Shown here piece after piece: positions 18,508-26,786 of a stretch of 26,786 nt of DNA (within the stretch, counting starts at the first letter, position 1; each line of letters opens with the position of its first letter). The DNA lies in NCBI GenBank assembly GCA_964345055.1, contig CAYFPW010000001.1:1-26786 (forward strand). The letters are read 5' to 3'. This DNA comes from an uncultured Steroidobacteraceae bacterium. Lineage in GTDB: Bacteria; Pseudomonadota; Gammaproteobacteria; Steroidobacterales; Steroidobacteraceae. Made by a program: the position numbers and the translations under genes. A model generated the notes under the pieces. It had not been told where the DNA came from and did not search any database. It saw only the letters and a list, made by a program, of their open reading frames with translations.

Positions 18508-19532
18508 GCCGCCAGCGCTGGGCACTCCTGGCTCTGGCGCTGTGCGCCACTTGGGTGGCGCAGGCGCGAATGGATGCATTGCCCTTGTGGGCCTATGGGT
18601 ACATCCAATATCCAACCGTACCCGATGACTATTCGCTCAGATGTCAGGGCGAACGTGCCGATCCGTGTGACCGACCCGGTGGGCTGCCGACCGATCCCAC
18701 GGAGACGCCGCGACACGTGCCGGGCAGCGAGCGTACCTTCACCGTGGCGCAGATCAATGCGCGCTACGACCCCGCCGACTGGTTTCCCGGCGACCACCCG
18801 CCGATGCCCGACGTCGTTGCGCACGGCAAGGCGTCGCAGGGCGCGCGGGCCTGTGCGATCTGCCATCTGCCCAATGGCAAAGGACTGATGCAGAACGGCA
18901 GTGTCGCCGGTTTGCCGCGCGAGTACATCCTGCAGCAGCTCGCAGACTTCAAAACCGGGCGACGACACACTGCGGATCCAAACAAGGCGAATGGTTACGA
19001 GATGCAGGCCGTGGCACGTAACCTGACCGAGGCCGAAGCGCAGGCGGCGGCCGAGTACTTCGCATCGCTCCCCTACACGAAGTGGGTGCGAGTGGTGGAG
19101 TCGGAGACGGTTCCGCTCTTCACCGCAACGATCAACGGCTTGTTTCTGCGTTCGGCGGGCAGTGATGTTGTGGCGCTCGGTCAGCGCATCGTCGAGATGC
19201 CGGAGGATACCGAGCAGACCAATCTGCTGCGCAATCCGCGCTCCGGCTTTGTCGCCTATGTGCCGGTGGGGAGTCTGCGGCAGGGCCGGGCGCTGGTAGA
19301 CTCGCAATGCACGGCATGTCACGGCGCGCAGCTGCGCGGCATGACGCTGGCGGGGGTGATCATGCCGCCGATTGCCGGGCGCTCGCCGAGCTACATCGGT
19401 CGCGCGCTCTACGATTTTCAGCACAGCGCGCGCAGCGGCGTGGCTGCAGAGCAAATGCAGGCAGTGGTGCAGGGGCTTGATGAAAAGGAAGTGATTGCGA
19501 TCGCGGCCTACGTTGCCTCACTCGATCCCTGA
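18504..19532 (+). CDS. Diheme cytochrome c (enlarged c4-like), copy 1
   Basis: Signal peptide. CAICH (18852-18866) and CTACH (19308-19322), each followed by a c4-type distal Met (EMQAVA, QMQAVV). The TTG start overlaps the ABM stop (TTGA). Confidence 0.85.
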   Translation: MSRQRWALLALALCATWVAQARMDALPLWAYGYIQYPTVPDDYSLRCQGERADPCDRPGGLPTDPTETPRHVPGSERTFTVAQINARYDPADWFPGDHPPMPDVVAHGKASQGARACAICHLPNGKGLMQNGSVAGLPREYILQQLADFKTGRRHTADPNKANGYEMQAVARNLTEAEAQAAAEYFASLPYTKWVRVVESETVPLFTATINGLFLRSAGSDVVALGQRIVEMPEDTEQTNLLRNPRSGFVAYVPVGSLRQGRALVDSQCTACHGAQLRGMTLAGVIMPPIAGRSPSYIGRALYDFQHSARSGVAAEQMQAVVQGLDEKEVIAIAAYVASLDP

Positions 19533-19554
19533 TCGGCTGCCGCTCGCCGGCGCG

Positions 19555-20589
19555 CTAGAGTCCCAGCTGCTTCAATGTTTCGCTGTGGAACTCCCGGCGT
19601 GCCTCGGCGTAAATGGGTGTTACGGCGCTGGCAAATTGCCGATGCTCGTCGGCTTTCAGTTCCAGGATCTCGCCACCTGCAGCACGGATCTGAGCCATCG
19701 CGTCTTCTTCTTCCCTGATGTGCAAATCGCGCTGGAACAGCACTGCGTCGTGGATCGCAGCGCGCATTTCTTCCTGCAGCGCGCGTGGCCATGCGTCAAA
19801 AGTTGGCCGATGCAGGAAAATTGGACGCGAGATATAAAAGTGATGCGTCGCGGTGTGGAAGCGGTGAAACCGGTGCACACCGTAGGTCACGGTATTGGCG
19901 AATGGATTCTCCTGCGCATCCAGTGTCCCAGCCTGGATGGCCTCGGGCACTTCGGAAAGATCCATCACCTTCGGTACCGCGCCGAGTAGTTCGAAGGTGC
20001 GCGCCTGCACTTTGCTCGGCAGCACACGGATTCTCATGCCCTGCATATCGGTCGGTACGCGGATCGGTCGCAGTCGGTTGGACACGTGGCGAAAGCCGTT
20101 CTCGAAGTAGCCCAGGATCCGGTAGTTCATCCCGGCTTCGATGCGCGCGGCCAGCAGTTGGCCCAGGCGTCCGTCCATGGCGGCACGTGCGTGCGCCAGG
20201 TCAGGGAAGACGAATGGCAGGTCAGTGGCACCGAGCTCTGGAACACGCTCGGTCAGATAGCTGCTCGACTGATAGCCGAGCGTAAGTACGCCCTGTTCCA
20301 CCAGCCACAGAATGTCGTCGGCTCGGTAGCCGAGATCGAGAATATTGAAGACGTACTTGATCTCGACCGCGTCGCCGAAGCGCTCCTCGAGCCGTGCGCC
20401 GATTCTCTTGAGCGCCAGACTGAAGCCGGTGGTAGCTGGGCCGTAGCCGCCCATCACGATCCGGTGGCGCTGGCCTCTCGAGCCGGAGGAGGAGCTCTGC
20501 CCCGAGCTGGCCGCAAGGGCCAAGGGCTGGCCCGCCAGTACGGACGCGCTGGTCAATGCTGAAACCTGGATAAAGCGTCGTCTCAACAT
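19555..20589 (-). CDS. dctP: TRAP transporter substrate-binding protein DctP with twin-arginine signal
   Basis: Re-called start MLRRRFIQ...ALA. ENGFRH, GMRIRV (carboxylate-binding Arg), DAQENP. No dctQM in the window. Confidence 0.85.
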   Translation of the reverse strand: MLRRRFIQVSALTSASVLAGQPLALAASSGQSSSSGSRGQRHRIVMGGYGPATTGFSLALKRIGARLEERFGDAVEIKYVFNILDLGYRADDILWLVEQGVLTLGYQSSSYLTERVPELGATDLPFVFPDLAHARAAMDGRLGQLLAARIEAGMNYRILGYFENGFRHVSNRLRPIRVPTDMQGMRIRVLPSKVQARTFELLGAVPKVMDLSEVPEAIQAGTLDAQENPFANTVTYGVHRFHRFHTATHHFYISRPIFLHRPTFDAWPRALQEEMRAAIHDAVLFQRDLHIREEEDAMAQIRAAGGEILELKADEHRQFASAVTPIYAEARREFHSETLKQLGL

Positions 20590-20749
20590 GCGTCTCACAC
20601 GCCGCGTTGCGTCTGGGGTAATGTTTACGCCAGTACAGTGTGAGGCAGCATACACGAGCGTCGGGCTGGCTCCAGATGAGGGCGCCGCCCAGATGCCGCG
20701 GGCTGGCCGTGTCGCTTCGATGACAGCGCGTATGGGGGCGAGAGGTTTG

Positions 20750-21781
20750 ATGAAGACGTTGGCGATTCTGGTGCTTGGGGCATTGCTGCTGGCATTCCAG
20801 CAACAGCTCTCACGTGATCAACAGGCAGCGCCGGACTGGGCGTATGGCTATCAGCGCTCGCTCCGCCCGGGTGATGTGGTTGCGCCACCGTGTCCTGAGA
20901 CTGCGCGACCATTTCCCGACTGCGCCTACGCGGCGACACTCCCGCCGCAGGATGGCATCAAGCACACGTTGCCGGGGGCTGCAGCCAGCTTCACGCGTGT
21001 CGAGGCGTACTACGACTTTGGTCCCGCGGATTGGTATCCGGAAGATCATCCGCCGATGCCAGATATCGTGGCCCATGGCCGCGAGTCGGCCGGTATACGC
21101 GCCTGTGCCCTGTGCCACTTCCCGAATGGGCAAGGCAAGATGGAGAACGGCGGTGTGGCGGGATTGTCGGCGGCCTATATCCTCCAGCAGATCGAGGCGT
21201 TTAGGAGCGGGGCGCGACGCAGCGCCGATCCGCGCAAGGCCAATGCCAAGGAAATGGCGCAGGTTGCGCGACTGCTGACGGACGACGAGAAGCATGCGGC
21301 AGCGGAGTACTTTGCTTCACTGCGCTGGCGGCTCTGGGTGAAGGTGGTCGAGACCGACGTGGTGCCCGCCGTGCGCGCGACCACCAACGGACTGTTCATG
21401 CCGCTGACCGATCGACCGCCGATGGCCTTGGGCGCGCGCATCATCGAGGTGCCGCAGCGGCCGCGTGATACCGACGAGCTGCGCGATCCACGGGCCGGGT
21501 TTCTGGCCTATGTGCCACGCGGCAGTGTCGCCAAGGGCGCAGCACTGGTGTCCACTGGCGGCGGCAAGACGCTGCCCTGTGGCAGCTGCCACGGCGCGGA
21601 TCTGCGGGGCGTCGGCGATATTCCGGGCATTGCCGGGCGCACCGCCAGCTACCTGGTGCGGCAGCTGTGGGACATGAAGCAGGGTGCCCGCCAGAGCCCG
21701 GTGATGGCGCCCGTGGTCGCGAGACTGGAGGTCAGTGACCTGATCAATCTCGCGGCTTTCGTCGCCTCACGCGAGCCCTGA
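20750..21781 (+). CDS. Diheme cytochrome c (enlarged c4-like), copy 2
   Basis: Start re-called to ATG 20750 after GAGAGG. Signal peptide. CALCH (21104-21118) and CGSCH (21578-21592), distal Met motifs EMAQVA and VMAPVV. Confidence 0.85.
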   Translation: MKTLAILVLGALLLAFQQQLSRDQQAAPDWAYGYQRSLRPGDVVAPPCPETARPFPDCAYAATLPPQDGIKHTLPGAAASFTRVEAYYDFGPADWYPEDHPPMPDIVAHGRESAGIRACALCHFPNGQGKMENGGVAGLSAAYILQQIEAFRSGARRSADPRKANAKEMAQVARLLTDDEKHAAAEYFASLRWRLWVKVVETDVVPAVRATTNGLFMPLTDRPPMALGARIIEVPQRPRDTDELRDPRAGFLAYVPRGSVAKGAALVSTGGGKTLPCGSCHGADLRGVGDIPGIAGRTASYLVRQLWDMKQGARQSPVMAPVVARLEVSDLINLAAFVASREP

Positions 21782-21800
21782 GGCGCGAGTCCCGCGCGGT

Positions 21801-25677
<3,877 letters not shown>

Positions 25678-25686
25678 GACGGCGAC

Positions 25687-26136
25687 TCAGGCGACGTTCT
25701 GTGTCGTTGGCTCGACGCCCTCGGTCCGGTATTGACGGAAGCGTGCGCGACCGGCATCGCGCCGGGCCGGCTCGGCATCGATGATTTCGATGATCTGCCG
25801 CGCGCTCTTGCGAATGCTCGGAATGGAGCCCGCGAGATTCAAGATCACATCGGGCGGGGCCGCGTCGAGCAGCCCGGTGCTGCGCGCGCCGGGGCAGGTG
25901 AGCAGCACCGGTGCTTCTTCCCAGTCCGATTCGGGGCCCAGTGGCTCGTGCGGTACGAAGCTGTCCTGCGCGAAGGTCCATAGCAGATCGTCGAAGCGGG
26001 TGACAGCATCGGCATCATCGAGCCAGACGAGTACGCGCTGTTCGGCTTCAAAGGCCTTGTCGATCACGCGGCAGGCAAACTTCCAGCGTTCGCGCTCGTC
26101 GGTGCCGCCCAGCACATAGAAATCCACACGCTCCAT
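25687..26136 (-). CDS. holC: DNA polymerase III subunit chi
   Basis: RVDFYVL, FDDLLWTF..DSFVPH, ILNLA, C-terminal GRARFRQYR..G. Directly downstream of pepA, with GGAG SD. Confidence 0.92.
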   Translation of the reverse strand: MERVDFYVLGGTDERERWKFACRVIDKAFEAEQRVLVWLDDADAVTRFDDLLWTFAQDSFVPHEPLGPESDWEEAPVLLTCPGARSTGLLDAAPPDVILNLAGSIPSIRKSARQIIEIIDAEPARRDAGRARFRQYRTEGVEPTTQNVA

Positions 26137-26154
26137 GCTGCGCTCCGCGATGAC

Positions 26155-26786
<632 letters not shown>

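Noticed and set aside
20618-20628. Short dyad GTAA-tgt-TTAC upstream of dctP
   Set aside because: Only 4-bp arms, which is within chance expectation.

Overview
High-GC (roughly mid-60s % by eye, not computed) bacterial chromosomal segment. Gene content and order (metG/apbC-dcd, purM-purN-DUF3108, hda, wrbA, proS, rimI-prfC, pepA-holC...valS) point to a gammaproteobacterium; a Steroidobacteraceae/Nevskiales-like lineage is my guess, not a result. It is mostly intact housekeeping genes. I saw no rRNA, tRNA, CRISPR array, transposase, integrase or clear pseudogene. Four things stand out. (1) A family-4 uracil-DNA glycosylase sits in the holD slot upstream of rimI-prfC and has an N-terminal peptide matching the clamp-loader-binding N-terminus of the DNA Pol III psi subunit, so it may be a catalytically active psi equivalent; holC (chi) is also in the window. 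(2) An accessory block at 14.8-21.8 kb encodes only envelope proteins: MFS, exported amidase, DUF6152-like fusion with an N-terminal His-His, exported tandem ABM-barrel protein, two paralogous enlarged diheme cytochromes c and an orphan Tat-type DctP. This may be an uncharacterised periplasmic redox system. (3) At least nine genes, including all three aminoacyl-tRNA synthetases, have a -10 hexamer 6-12 nt before the start codon and no Shine-Dalgarno, suggesting leaderless or near-leaderless mRNAs and two very compact bidirectional promoters. (4) A perfect CRP-family palindrome lies between can and a LOG-family gene. All family assignments come from motif recognition, not database searches. Several start codons were re-called relative to the ORF track.
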